Origin: Trypanosoma brucei
Taxonomy: Eukaryota
Assembly: GCA_000002445.1 (NCBI GenBank)
Contig: CP000071.1
Span: 416,001 to 480,000 of the forward strand
Length of the DNA: 64,000 nt
Direction of reading: 5' to 3'
The notes under the pieces are model-generated. The model was not told the origin of the DNA and made no database searches. It was given only the letters and a program-made list of their open reading frames with translations. Position numbers and translations under genes: made by a program. Each line of letters opens with the position of its first letter. Positions within the stretch are counted from its first letter, which is position 1. Of the stretch, positions 25,101 to 34,000 are shown piece after piece.

Positions 25101-28100
25101 AACTCTGGCACCTAAGGTATCATCAGCAAGTCGTACATATTCTTCCAAAACATCTTTTGAACGGCGGGTATATGCGTTCATGCCTGCCGTGCCAGCAACA
25201 GAAACAGCCTCCCGCAGGTCATGGTGACAGATTGTGCGAAGAGCTACATCGATCACCTGTACACATGAATCACCCAACCAAACCAAGGTATCCATGCGGT
25301 AATGATTTTCCACCGACATTTTTATTTCGTTGAGAAGTGAGGAACGTAACGTTCTGTCAAACGTTTTCATCCATTGTTCAACAGGTAGAGGTGATAACTC
25401 AATGGGGGTGTCCGTTCTAAGCACAGAACCATCAGTAGTAATAAACGACGTCACAACATTTCCCTCCAGATTAACGTCACAAACCCTGCTGTACAATGTT
25501 GTAAGGTGGCGCTTCAGTTTTGTTGCGTTGTGAACGGACAAGAACGACAACAACGACTCATCATCCATGAGATAAAAACGTGGGAACACCTCCCGCTTCG
25601 CGTCAAGTGAAGATGCAAGAATTTTTCGAACATCACCTAAAATTGTACGAGCCAAAGTGACCTGGTCTTGTATATTCTCCTGCATCATGGCCGTAAAAAG
25701 AGTGTACTGAGCTTTCCGCAAAGTCGCTGCCAGTGACTTGAAAGTATCACTAGTAGATGACACCTTCTCACGCAATAATTTTAGGTCTCGAGGAGTGAGT
25801 CCTATAAAATCCTCGTCCGTTGTGGTTTCAAGGGTTATTCCAAACGGTAGCACCTCCTTCCACTCTTTCTCGACGTCCTCCCACGTTAGTAATGTCTCCT
25901 TCATTCGTTGCACAACAGAATCGAACTCCATTACGGAACTTATGGTATACTGACTAAGATGTTCAACTTGACGTAAAGCACTTAACTCGTGTGAGAATGC
26001 TTCCAGCTGTGAAGATATCGAGGTCCTGCATCTCGGCGAAAGAATGAGGGCATCATTGGATCCCTCGGCAACTTCAAAGACAAAGCGTGTTTTCTTCGCG
26101 TCACTCTTCATGCGCTCCAAAGTAGCTTCCGCCTCAAAATCTAAAAAAGCGGGGTCTACAATTAGTTTTATCTCGTCAAGGTGATCAATGATACCATTCT
26201 CAAGTAATTGCTTTAGTGTGACGTTAGAATCAATCTGAGTCGACTGCTTTCTGCCAAGCTGGAGAATCCTCCCTATCTCCTTCCAGTGATTTTTCCGCAA
26301 GCCAGGTGTTGATAAGTATGCCAAAAGAGTCTGCAGAGACTCGAAGTCTGCCAACACCTGTTCTTGTTGCCTCCCTAGACACACTAAACCCGGATATCCC
26401 CGTAGATTCCGAACTGAGGAATGAAGGAGCCTTCTGCATCGCTGGACTTCATCGATAGTTTTCTCACTGTTCAGGGCACTGAGAGGAATTATATAGTAAT
26501 CCTTGACCCGAGTCGAATCAAAAACGCTGCACCAAAACTGTTCCAGAACGTCAAAAACACGCAACACGGGATGTACGTCATCAAATGTCTCGACAGTTTC
26601 GAGACCAAGTGACTTTTCGCAATAAAAGACGTGGTCAATTCCCTTGACGACGTCGTCAACAATAACTCGCAGCTCCTCACATGTTTGCGCACATATGTCA
26701 CAAACATCAACACTGAGAAGTCCCAATAACTCAATCACACCATTACGGACCACAGTTATTTTACCATGCAAGTCATTGCGGTACTCAACTAACTGAACAA
26801 CCAAAGCAGGCTTCCTCTCAGCGCAAGCCTTCTTCGCATTATTTGTTAACACGAGAAGCTCGTTGGGACATCGCATGAGCTCTGCTGCTACTTCATACAG
26901 TTGAGAATCTGCTGGTATGAGAAGCTTTTCTAAGTAACTAAAGAACTCGATAGCCCTTCTGCAATCGCCTGCCTCTATCTGCTTTGATAAATGTTCTGCA
27001 TATGTAATATCAGATTGCAATTTCTCCAGCTCCTCAACACTGTTTGGAATTACCGATAACTGATCGTTGTAACTACGGCATTTCTCCAATGATGAGCGTA
27101 TGAAAGACAAAATGTCTTTCTGAACCATGTTCAAAAAGCTTTTCAAGTAAGAAGACCATTGTTTTACGTACCATTTCTTCACATCAGTGCAGTTAATAGC
27201 AATGCAGCCGCAAAACACCACATCAGGTGATATTTTCCCCACTTCTAATATGGTATCGCGAAGCAAATTCACATTGCTTACAACTTCTTCCTCCGAGCAT
27301 TTGGTGAAGCACACTCCGTTTAGTGTCGGCATACGAGCAAACATCGAGTACTTCTCCGTTAAGTCCTCAACTACGGTACATGCTGCTCCTAGGTACCTTA
27401 TTAGGGTTGCTTTTCCTGGAAAGCTGTCGTCGTCAAACAAATTTAGGGAGTGTCTCTCAAACTGAATCGTTCGCATAATAACAGTTTCCGGAGTAGGAAG
27501 GTTGTTTGCGCTGTCGAGTAATTCGTCCAGCAGATCAGCGATACCAAAATGAAGTTGAGCGAACGATGGAGAACTTGGTAAACCACAACCACCAACGACA
27601 AAATACACCTCAATAAGGGACATTTTCCGTGCCTTCAACGGTGTCACTATACGATCCCCACCAGTAGCGAAGAATGATACTAAATCATCAATTGCATCGG
27701 ATATAAGAATCCTGATACGGTTGGTTAAAAATATACGTACCATCAAAAATACACGCCACAGTTCACTCTCTTTTAAATCATTCAAATCCATCGACAAAAG
27801 CGTACCTGCCTCGGGGATCGTGGTAAATAAAAGTTGTTCCACCTCCGTATAGAACTCAATCCTTATTCTGGTGAACGCCGCCCTCATAGAACATCCCAGC
27901 TGAGAAAGGAAATCATCCGCGTCTGTTCGCCAGTTGAAGGTAGTTGTGTTGAAAACAGCAAGCCTCTCAAAACGATCCGACCACAAGTGGTGTAACCTCA
28001 CAAAAAAATCATTTTTCCCCTCAGACCATATAAGCGAGTGTTTTAGACAATAAAGGGACTCGTTAAATGCTAAAAATCCCCCGTGGTCAGAGCCGTCATC

Positions 28101-28811
28101 CCGTCCATTGTCTTCTTCGAATCTTTTGATATCTTCATTGCGACAAACGAGGCGCAAGGGTGCCATTATCCTGCGGAAAAGGGAATTGAGATTCATATAA
28201 TCATAAATAGCTTCGACACAAACCCTAATATACACCTGTTCAATCTCTTTCATTGTCCTCTCAACAACATCCCGATGGTCAGCAGTTGTTCCTTGAGTTG
28301 CTAATATGACTATTCGTCTCAAACAACCCGTTTCATGAGTTATACATCCTTTGGCTACATTCTCATATAAATCAATGAGCAATGATGTCCTAAAATCACG
28401 GCCACTTTTACCGGAGGTGCACAAAGCCTCCTCGCTAATCCCAACAGGAACTCGAACCGAACGTCTCTGCGATTGTAACTGTGACACTTGAATGTACTGC
28501 CTCTTTCCATCATAACAAAATGTTCCCACATATGGTGAGTAATGACAACCTATTCTCGAGCTAGGAGATGATGATGCCTTCTTCCATGAGCAAATCGCGT
28601 CGAAAAGATCGCTCTCCTTGAACTCAGGGAAGTGAAGAACTTCGGTTCGTCCCGTGTAGTCGGGTGCTATGCCAAAGGAACCGAAGCCAAAAGTCTCACC
28701 AAACCCTGCATCCGTGGCAACAGTGATAAATGGTCGCGGAATACCATCTAGAAAATAGGCAAGGACCTTTTCAAAACGAATCTGTCCACCACAATCCCGC
28801 CTGTAATTCAT
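16137..28811 (-). CDS. Giant 4,224-aa protein with serial P-loop NTPase motifs; possibly a divergent dynein-heavy-chain-like or AAA+ protein
   Basis: A single 12.7 kb open frame. The track start is a TTG at 28820; the first ATG is at 28809-28811. Walker-A-like motifs occur about 350 aa apart (GSAYSGKT, then VGERGQGKST, then a degenerate VGAYGIGIRR). The N-terminal ~1,300 aa and the C-terminal half are predicted helical. The canonical dynein AAA1 motif GPAGTGKT is absent, so the dynein assignment is tentative. Confidence 0.9.
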   Translation of the reverse strand: MNYRRDCGGQIRFEKVLAYFLDGIPRPFITVATDAGFGETFGFGSFGIAPDYTGRTEVLHFPEFKESDLFDAICSWKKASSSPSSRIGCHYSPYVGTFCYDGKRQYIQVSQLQSQRRSVRVPVGISEEALCTSGKSGRDFRTSLLIDLYENVAKGCITHETGCLRRIVILATQGTTADHRDVVERTMKEIEQVYIRVCVEAIYDYMNLNSLFRRIMAPLRLVCRNEDIKRFEEDNGRDDGSDHGGFLAFNESLYCLKHSLIWSEGKNDFFVRLHHLWSDRFERLAVFNTTTFNWRTDADDFLSQLGCSMRAAFTRIRIEFYTEVEQLLFTTIPEAGTLLSMDLNDLKESELWRVFLMVRIFLTNRIRILISDAIDDLVSFFATGGDRIVTPLKARKMSLIEVYFVVGGCGLPSSPSFAQLHFGIADLLDELLDSANNLPTPETVIMRTIQFERHSLNLFDDDSFPGKATLIRYLGAACTVVEDLTEKYSMFARMPTLNGVCFTKCSEEEVVSNVNLLRDTILEVGKISPDVVFCGCIAINCTDVKKWYVKQWSSYLKSFLNMVQKDILSFIRSSLEKCRSYNDQLSVIPNSVEELEKLQSDITYAEHLSKQIEAGDCRRAIEFFSYLEKLLIPADSQLYEVAAELMRCPNELLVLTNNAKKACAERKPALVVQLVEYRNDLHGKITVVRNGVIELLGLLSVDVCDICAQTCEELRVIVDDVVKGIDHVFYCEKSLGLETVETFDDVHPVLRVFDVLEQFWCSVFDSTRVKDYYIIPLSALNSEKTIDEVQRCRRLLHSSVRNLRGYPGLVCLGRQQEQVLADFESLQTLLAYLSTPGLRKNHWKEIGRILQLGRKQSTQIDSNVTLKQLLENGIIDHLDEIKLIVDPAFLDFEAEATLERMKSDAKKTRFVFEVAEGSNDALILSPRCRTSISSQLEAFSHELSALRQVEHLSQYTISSVMEFDSVVQRMKETLLTWEDVEKEWKEVLPFGITLETTTDEDFIGLTPRDLKLLREKVSSTSDTFKSLAATLRKAQYTLFTAMMQENIQDQVTLARTILGDVRKILASSLDAKREVFPRFYLMDDESLLSFLSVHNATKLKRHLTTLYSRVCDVNLEGNVVTSFITTDGSVLRTDTPIELSPLPVEQWMKTFDRTLRSSLLNEIKMSVENHYRMDTLVWLGDSCVQVIDVALRTICHHDLREAVSVAGTAGMNAYTRRSKDVLEEYVRLADDTLGARVQRILSTAITSLLRYRDELRLVSKSGVETLEDLKATAMVQTLLEGGKIVVQMMGLQLPYGMEFFGDYNIPILTPEYVEKGLCSMLMSIRASSFPILIGKNNENSELEYYAQYLGRFCWFLQCHPTLPFEGIVRALRGCLGAGVILCLKDIELLGRELADSVSALLKGVESACRNEKRHNDGGMSTVEFQAGDNSICAIRDACFHVVLTTRELDEIPTALSLAFRPIYVPSVDLGLLAQGTLQALGVPHFASIGQRLATMFSQFVAMLPAVFTCRSFLSVIRDAADCKTGTMAESLCSAFLRQFWHVIESDERLLKLFEWNVVHTLGIPRHVLEEVLEKFKSKLGFDSCLERFTYFMKFNKNAMLVGSAYSGKTPLWKSWVGDTHYIVLSHRLLCSAEVYGDESRPGLLVSIARKWDPISTHTIVMEHTNVVDVPTFLESAAHVRVRSYSGPDFIQGSSTRIITVVTTLESANPRIVSEVAIYALPEPSGWKDLLKNELYSDPNCSPGAAFPVISALIEAVLDVSAVPRISSLDEDVFGVVCRCSRFYKRWYAFARSCGKAEGEHSSDDVFASQCAVFATCWSVMLCMQVSEISTGIVAFKKSQSGLTAVAQHIGVDENVIFPPDDDLLNYIATPFGWKKLGKEASDVGFPTPWASRDPGVNFKQHAWTYFFPLRSRQRTLMHLEYMAAVGQPVLLVGERGQGKSTLLNHMRCSSRWAYELVHNTVACTAGDVQDALLQGLSRSQHNTYVPSSGQRLVLCVDDVHLVGEMGYPQAMCVFAFIDHYSALCTPSKGYVPIKDVICVGTSLPTPPHEPEVENSVLRIMIPDFIEDEILHEVEKLIGKTRGVRRGEGFLKGVGDFLIASQSMAFHFINSLLGDNHSGLDRLKSTLASIEGICAFEDTSLLSFSDDRADNQSQLPYPYVLLRVVDKVLRILSTQLDEASIVKGIYHSVYTFFMPLIAGEGRREELMAELLKMAKETMRYSPGARQREGADETYVTEVLNSLEYPSVGHDVIRKWLEKHDVMMPPALVDEIRSESPYISTGKSRMESPSTKEAQQQAAVGGAPHVNCTPHWTVSLISDVHHCLRQEGSHVALVGAYGIGIRRALHVWAAGRGVNLRSLLSDFAAPDAKNSFTRELIEILQGTCRSGSRMVVFVPNEVLTLVWPLSLLYYTLRGGNVRQLFSVEEQLYLLHGRRGIQRQSGKLTPAEEVQLRERISSRLSIVAHFVSFEEMRRLGTVIPFVLQMLPVVLHAPDMLREHVDVVIRSEKATFVVPETGRAESADVPPGGEGCGKDAPVESIPCFLGVPMDTETLLGRPYSQLLCDIFFCLRTNTEISVEQLQEFATLANRLRGTLFRICHCVSQSLRVDDLFNAIPTKMQEYANKSKEAEETKVTVVQHRGELVARLERSKECATRHQSEWEFLQRKSCDLLPLVTAAENALRLKRESISDGLSSTKARLCSMKTAQIRQYASSLPSPKGVLLVKAVCRVLGEDLRATSTRDVWDRGRSIMTASKFIARLRDLDHESLSYESLASVHSSLRGVRFTDVSPFADALSDYLLSVMEAVRVKKELQIEQMELDSLRLEYTTIEDRKNEAGCGVSESRRKIECVEQEVNNVDEKSQGLETTVVDMTKRQKSLEFITDALDRFSLFHTPGKTAAQCNEMAKGEGAVIMVAAHFAFFASLPLEVQRSCHKALYSLLCDWGIQAPADLEDPAASLLFPSVDETVESLLLSACSTYERQCIAGLLQKIFSNCPIFCGVTNVFEEVLGRCLAFICGDCVVVSVMQKDFCDEVVRAASSGIGLLICDVHAPSVLERLRPLLLLLKALPQAALQKRNLRCTLFGQEVPVKPSFLMVCVSPAVMLHEEAKAATRCYTTVVNIPSPRRIEEGVHTILLGCPTAYARPLVENVFSVRDKQDNDALCAFRVTLPEVREMLSGDLDELAGNNNGELERLDFLLRELHTLHMTVLRIEAHNKSVQKPLASLWEGLKRGIQAAERAVRVIEKEILGRLWEWRMLEPFIVGATNLSSAYVRRISPGTFDKLPPPQRDFYATVNFVESLVDVMASGWPMELRGIFAWYILSTVVHSCGFMLAHSGVLYSSHITFLTSQQYDVLNRLLTRQNIAADKQTVRNLYESSMDPLLNSIARDNSTLDDTESGLSLESTLFVKDTNTSWVLKAGEELIRFLFQQWMLLNHRACDAAASDLYAAFFTSVKKKVTEEGGLSIYDSLDSQCTNLRYSEEWWQFSGNTSIPLLLKGANTHELVGYVRQRANSASFFFRYLTVTNVRDLDQLVGYVSHSFQQPPTHVVRGHCVMAVFVPPAGVSEEASFLQAISSRFSALWRYGIWGLLRGGGHSTRTPVVLCCTVRGAPNMVRNNVVRAMQEWCFPVVVDSVSPRHQLLSVIGGKVFAPPWKREGVTLLLERECTKSGVSCSHLDSCKRGDRGNTMVTPLGYVLELHAGISAGGAVQRALVEDRGLDNVFTDLYRTDINTDDLLLILRLVSLKQLDDPQEEEPSSKRHPSTTLHAATHTVSSTELKSATLQRRSISERLYRLFNKVAYLVYTSRSERHQGCLLIENMLYERGPLLMLRDDGRLCYSTALDELLREKPTDEVFMATLRRSDKSFLHLCGDDHTIVTYRSMASSALRRSLCGVPFSTRADPLFSTSDGPLCSQGGVDGASQTEPHEDFESNSAVSLLLVWEGVYGEKTVRALERAQHKELSSRLRVATAQFRGWQPGSVLSVWLPALQYPKLLLNILLADALERKGDLLSHIEAVLVVTRRYMLLHDDVLLTGAAPSRQLEREVSIQAGWKPCEMRWNKEVGASKHDMDIVIAVRYQSDFTDCPSRQPSGVLWDLRSGKKGSEPRQEGSAMCNSVLFLTEPEPPQVCDVVKRSVATVPVVGLDLQWAVSHPLNPDDKPDEATSRVWQPLFELPLYVTVPACERSELNATPPRSVGQRPLGGRGGGRKALASSGPVVDTLGDSLGFFIAVS

Positions 28812-29050
28812 ACTATACAATCCCCTTATAACTTATGAATACTAGAACCCTCCACAAAAATAATAATTAATTCAAAAAAAAATACGGGTGCCCGCCGCGA
28901 TGGGGTTACAAACCGAAGTACTCCAAGGAAGACCGTTCGTTCAAGGAAACACGTGGAACGTTAATACGTTATGAACGAACATACAAGTCTAAACCAACGG
29001 TCAGAACGCAGTTGAGATTTGTCGTATAACAAAAGAGAGTAAAAGAAACA

Positions 29051-29512
29051 TTAGCTCCGTAGCTTGTTGAAGTCGAATCTGTGCTCAGCGCCTTGTTTCA
29101 ACTGCTCAGTTACGAACTGTAACCACGCAAGCTGGTTAACTCCCTCCTCGCAGTGGTGCGCGCTGATTCGCTTTAGTTCGTACTCATAGTCCTCCATCAT
29201 CGTGCAAATACGACTGCGCATGAGCATCCCGCGACATGTGTACAGTATTCCATAGAGCACAACACCCATACTAATAGCAGGGGGGAGGGGCCGTGTGTAG
29301 TAGACACTGTTCTTAAATATGTGACGTGGACCCCAGAGTCTGAACACCAGCATAACACTGGACGTTGTGAAGGTTACGCACCCCACAAGATAATACCACG
29401 CCCTGCTCTGATGACGGGCCAACTGTTCCACCCGGTCGGCAACGTGGTGCCTCTGGCTTTGGGAAATCTCCGTAACATACTGTGAAAACTCCTGACCAAC
29501 CTTGGACGACAT
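29051..29512 (-). CDS. Small two-TM membrane protein, hypothetical
   Basis: The track ORF (29051-29572) starts on a GTG. Its first 20 codons are a pure pyrimidine tract on the coding strand (TTTTCTTCTTTCTTTCTTTCTACCTTTCTTTCTTTCAG) ending in AG, followed 2 nt later by an ATG at 29510-29512. I read this as a trans-splice signal, not as protein. From that ATG the protein is 153 aa with two hydrophobic helices (AWYYLVGCVTFTTSSVMLVF, ISMGVVLYGILYTC). Confidence 0.5.
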   Translation of the reverse strand: MSSKVGQEFSQYVTEISQSQRHHVADRVEQLARHQSRAWYYLVGCVTFTTSSVMLVFRLWGPRHIFKNSVYYTRPLPPAISMGVVLYGILYTCRGMLMRSRICTMMEDYEYELKRISAHHCEEGVNQLAWLQFVTEQLKQGAEHRFDFNKLRS

Positions 29513-30030
29513 TACTGAAAGAAAGAAAGGTAGAAAGAAAGAAAGAAGAAAATGCATCAAACCGGGCGACACACACAGTAGCGGAGATCAATCCCACGCG
29601 GGGAACCTCCTCGTTTTCAGGAGTCATACCATCACGCGAGGGGGTGCCCCGTATCGAGCCGGACCCCAAAGGGAAACTCGGAAATGCTGCGGAGGAAGCC
29701 AGGGACTCCGGGGTCCGCGGAGTCTGGACACCGTCGCCGACAGCCGAGTCTTCCACTACGGGCAAGACGACGGCGACCCCTACCACCGGCAGCCGCACCG
29801 CGCCGGCGATACAGTTGCGCGCTCACAGCACCACTGTAGGGGTGCCTCGCCCGTGTAGCCACAACCAGAGAGAAAGGGCAGCGGGGAGCCGACACAACTG
29901 CAGAAGGCTCTCGTCGTCAGAAAGTTCAACAGTGAAATGTAGAAGTGCCTTCTCTCTTCTCTTCTTGTAGCCGTTCAATCCAAGGAATAGTAAGGGCACA
30001 AGGCACATTTTAGTTGGAGCGCGAAATAGC
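29513..30030. promoter_or_regulatory. Compact divergent strand-switch region (head-to-head gene pair), candidate bidirectional RNA pol II start
   Basis: A minus-strand ATG at 29512 and a plus-strand ATG at 30031 face away from each other across ~520 bp of GC-rich sequence. A CT-rich tract with AG (29948-29969) lies upstream of the plus gene, and the minus gene has the pyrimidine/AG signal described in the previous feature. Confidence 0.4.
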
Positions 30031-31095
30031 ATGGAAATGGCGGCGCCACCGCCGCCTGCCCGTAGGAGGCGACAGCCTTTCATTACGTCTTTCCTTGAAA
30101 ACGTATTACCGTTCCTACCGGCACGTGAGTTGCTTGTTTGTGCGACCGTATCCCGCACCTGGAGGGAGGAGTCTAGGGCACTTTCCATCTGGAGAGCGCT
30201 TCTAATCAGTAATCCACGGACAGTACAGTACGGGTATCAAGGGCTTACGCTAGGAGAGATGCAAAAAATAGCCCTCCGAGCCGCTAATTTGTCGGACAAC
30301 CGTGGTGACGCCGGTGGAGTCACTGACCAAGAAACCAGTGGAATGGAAAGAAGTGACTTGAGAGACAGTGAGAGAAGAGCTGAGCCGTCCCTGGAGAACG
30401 CGAGAGGTAAGCAACGCAGACAATTCTCATCATGCGGAGGGGTCTCGACATTAGAAAGAGGTGCAATAATGATCCAGCGGACTGGTGGGGCCATCTGTGT
30501 CGAAACGAAAAGTTGTACCAACGATATACAGAAAACCTTCGAAACCGTTCAAACGTATATCGTACATGTGAGAGAAAACGTTAAGTCAATTGCGTGTGTA
30601 ATCGATGCACTCCGTCAGAAGGTACCAAGCAGTGAGTCTATTAAGTTTCATCAACAGTGTGTTGGGTTGTGGAAGAGGCTCAATGTGTTCGAGGAGATTG
30701 TTATCGATTCGCTTGATGAAGGTGAAACCGCATCACTAAGAGGACTTCGCAACTTTAAGCAGGTGGAGGTGGTGATGTCAGGACAAGTAGAATCGCAAGC
30801 TTACATCCAGTGGTGTTTTTTCAAGCAAGCACTTCCACTTGATGAAACCTATTATGATTACGTAGACCTGCTGTATTCATTAGGTCCAGCCAGATGTGGT
30901 CCCGCGATCGCGACTCTTTCAGAAATAGAGCTGGCCGTAGAGAGGATTCGAATGAACAATCAGCTTCAAACTGTCATCGATGGTGTGATAATGATGAAAA
31001 GTGTGGATATTGGAAGATTATGTTGGGAATCTTTGATGGCTTATGTAAACACAGAGAGGCGTGCAGCAGATCTTGGTGGACGTAGACCTGAATAA
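30031..31095 (+). CDS. F-box-like domain protein, hypothetical
   Basis: 354 aa, ATG confirmed. The N-terminal segment …FLENVLPFLPARELLVCATVSRTWREESRALSIWRALL matches the F-box consensus (LP.EIL..I…L……..VCK.W). The rest is unrecognised. Confidence 0.65.
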   Translation: MEMAAPPPPARRRRQPFITSFLENVLPFLPARELLVCATVSRTWREESRALSIWRALLISNPRTVQYGYQGLTLGEMQKIALRAANLSDNRGDAGGVTDQETSGMERSDLRDSERRAEPSLENARGKQRRQFSSCGGVSTLERGAIMIQRTGGAICVETKSCTNDIQKTFETVQTYIVHVRENVKSIACVIDALRQKVPSSESIKFHQQCVGLWKRLNVFEEIVIDSLDEGETASLRGLRNFKQVEVVMSGQVESQAYIQWCFFKQALPLDETYYDYVDLLYSLGPARCGPAIATLSEIELAVERIRMNNQLQTVIDGVIMMKSVDIGRLCWESLMAYVNTERRAADLGGRRPE

Positions 31096-34000
31096 AATAT
31101 TGGTTCAATTTTGTTTCTTTTTTGACTTCACTAACTAACCCCTTTTCCACTTGATGAGGTGGGTTCAGGAGCTCAAACCAAGAAAGCCATCAACTGGAAA
31201 CACGATTGGCGCATATCATGAAGGTAATGTGTTTGAAAAAGATGGTAAATCGAAAAGCCATACACCTATCAAGTTCGAGACGGACTGTCACCAGCTGGAG
31301 TTATAAATAACTCAATAGGCGCCAAAGTAGAAAAAAAGGATGGACGCGTGGAATTGAGGAAGTGACCCGAACGTAATTGCTTCGGTGTCCGTGTAAACAT
31401 CCTGTCTACAGAATTATTAACAGAGCTTCGACACTTATCTGGATCCCCTTGCTTGATACACGTAACAACTGCTGTTATTCGATAACGGGTACTCACGTTA
31501 ATTTGTTTTGTTTCTGCTCGATAAAGTGTGCTCTTTTTTCATGTCCTACAAATCTAAATAAAGACCAATGTGCTTTACCTGTTTACGTTAGCCATCTTAC
31601 AAATGAAATGCAAAAGAAACTTTGCATGTTATCATCAGTCACCATTACCGACAGAACAGTTGAAACTACGTGATATGACGATACAGCGCATGAGTCATAC
31701 TTTTTCTATTGTAAAGCAAGCAGCGAAACGTACAATATCATAGTCTAAAAATTTACTTCAAAGGAATTTGAAGATGTATTTCGAATCTGAACAACGATGG
31801 GGGATCAAAAAGACTTCTTGATTAGTTAAATATTAAGACTGTTCAACAGCTACGTAAGAAGCAGGAGCTTTTGTGGATGCCCATTCTCTCCCCCGATTCG
31901 TAGGGTTAACAAGAAGAGGGTCGATCCGCATGGTGTAGTAAATCCCTTTATCAGCAGTTGTTGACTTGAGATGGACCGCATTTACTCACAAGTACATAAA
32001 TTTGGATAGTTGAACGATCTGCTGTCACGATGGGACATTAGTTCACATGTAACGAACGTCCCAGGATAACGACAACAAACGTGGGTCCGTGAAAAAACGA
32101 GTTTTATACTGAGCGAAAGAATGTGCGTACATATCATCAGCATGAAATTATGTCCGACTCTCGTACAACTGACTATTTGGATGCGCCGCGGTTATACATA
32201 TCCTCATCGAAATTTCTAAAGGGAGAGAACGGCTGGATCAGTGGCATGAAAATATTTGCAGCTTGTAGTGGGACGGAATGGCAATACTTCGCCCACAATG
32301 CTTGGCTTTGAAGGTCGTCATAACAACGGGAAACTGTTAGGAGAGCCTAGCTCAATCAAACCAATGTAAATTAAGGCGGTGTGCTGATACGCCTGCGCAG
32401 CGTACGGCCTTCTGAATATATACTTTTTAATTTCACTGTGTGGACACTGAGCAACTCACCATAGACGACTAGTTTACTTCGAGTCGTGTTAGCATTATGA
32501 GGCGCCCTTCATTCTCTAGCCAGGTTATGTGGAGCAAAAACAAAAGCAACTGGGGGAGAAGTATGAAGGCGAAGTTTGGTGCTAGAACAGTATCAAATAC
32601 AGTCGCGACGTTTGCGTCGGTTGCGCGCCAAAAACAGAAATTATATCATGCTAATAAACACTACTTAGCGGAAACGTCAGTATGACAGCGTGTCGACGTT
32701 CCCGATGCGCGGGTAGACGGGATCGCCGTCAGATCGATTCCAGAAGAATCCCATCATTTACGTTCGGGGAAACTAAGACTCTGTTGACATGACGGTACGG
32801 GGAATTGTGCGAAAGGGTACTGAGTTTGCAGCGTCTTTCCTCTGTGAGAGCTGGGTTGCGTATTCACCCTCACGGCAGTGGTGAGGAATCAGAGCACCTA
32901 ACAGAGTGACCACCCTACTTCAGATACCAATACTACAAAAAAAGAAAAAGCAGGTATGTGAGAAGTGTCGATAAGAGTAACTTCCATATTTTTGCTTGAA
33001 GTTGAACATTGCGTCACATATGCACTTCTGGGAAGAACCCATACCTTTGTGAACCAACACAAACCGTGAGCAGTACTTTCAGACGTGGTGGGTGCATCCC
33101 CGGCACTGTTTTCTATTGTACGCCGCACAATAAGTAGCACCCCACCGAGCTACCAAATGCAGAACTGCGGCGGATCATCACGGACGAAAACACCAAAACG
33201 GCGTATGAATTCGCATTGCCTGGGCCCAGTAAACGCTGCAACCCATGGAGTCCTTTGATTCTTCCTTTGGAAATGTATAGAGGGGTGGAAACACTTGTTG
33301 CAGCTCTACTGCCCGGTTTGGGGTACGCCTCTGGTGTGAAGAAATAAACGGGTCGGGTTGGGAGCTTTCCATAGCGCGGTAAAAAACCATGACAGCTTCG
33401 TGTTAGTCGCTGCTCTCAGTACCGTTTAGCACAAAAGCCCGCTGTGGTGACGAACGCCCTCCAGGGCCATATGCGCCAGCATATACATGTTGTACTAACT
33501 CTTCTCGCTTCTATTGTAGCGGACATACACCCCATCTAGATTGATTCCATGCTTGGAAGTTCCGTGCATCAGCACGCCTGCGGCGTAGTATGACCTCTCC
33601 CTCTGCGCATTTGAGGGCGAACAAAAAATAGTTACAAAGCGTCAATGCTGACGCTCCTGGGCAGTGACTTGGAGGGGCGTCACTTTGGTAAGGGGCCGGT
33701 CTGCTTCTGATGGCTCGTTGTACCGCTGACGGATATGTGATTGAACATATGGTGACCGTTCTGTCGAACTGTAGGGCTTCTGTTTCTGAAAGATGATACT
33801 TCATACCACGGCAACTCTCGGGGGATAGCTTCTTATTGAGCCGGCCTCTGGTGTGGAGAGTTACTCCCCTTTTTTTCTGTCTTGGTGACAGAAGTGCGGT
33901 GCGTCCACTGTGGCAGTTGTGCACTGTATCGTACCTGAGTCTGGATGGGTAGAGGAATGATGTGCGGGAGCGCTTTCTCTGTTGCTTATGTGCTCGGCTT

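Noticed and set aside
16137-28811. Dozens of 60-130-aa ORFs on both strands inside the 12.7 kb giant gene
   Set aside because: They sit entirely within a single uninterrupted 4,224-codon frame and are best explained as antisense or out-of-frame shadows. Kinetoplastid genes do not overlap this way.
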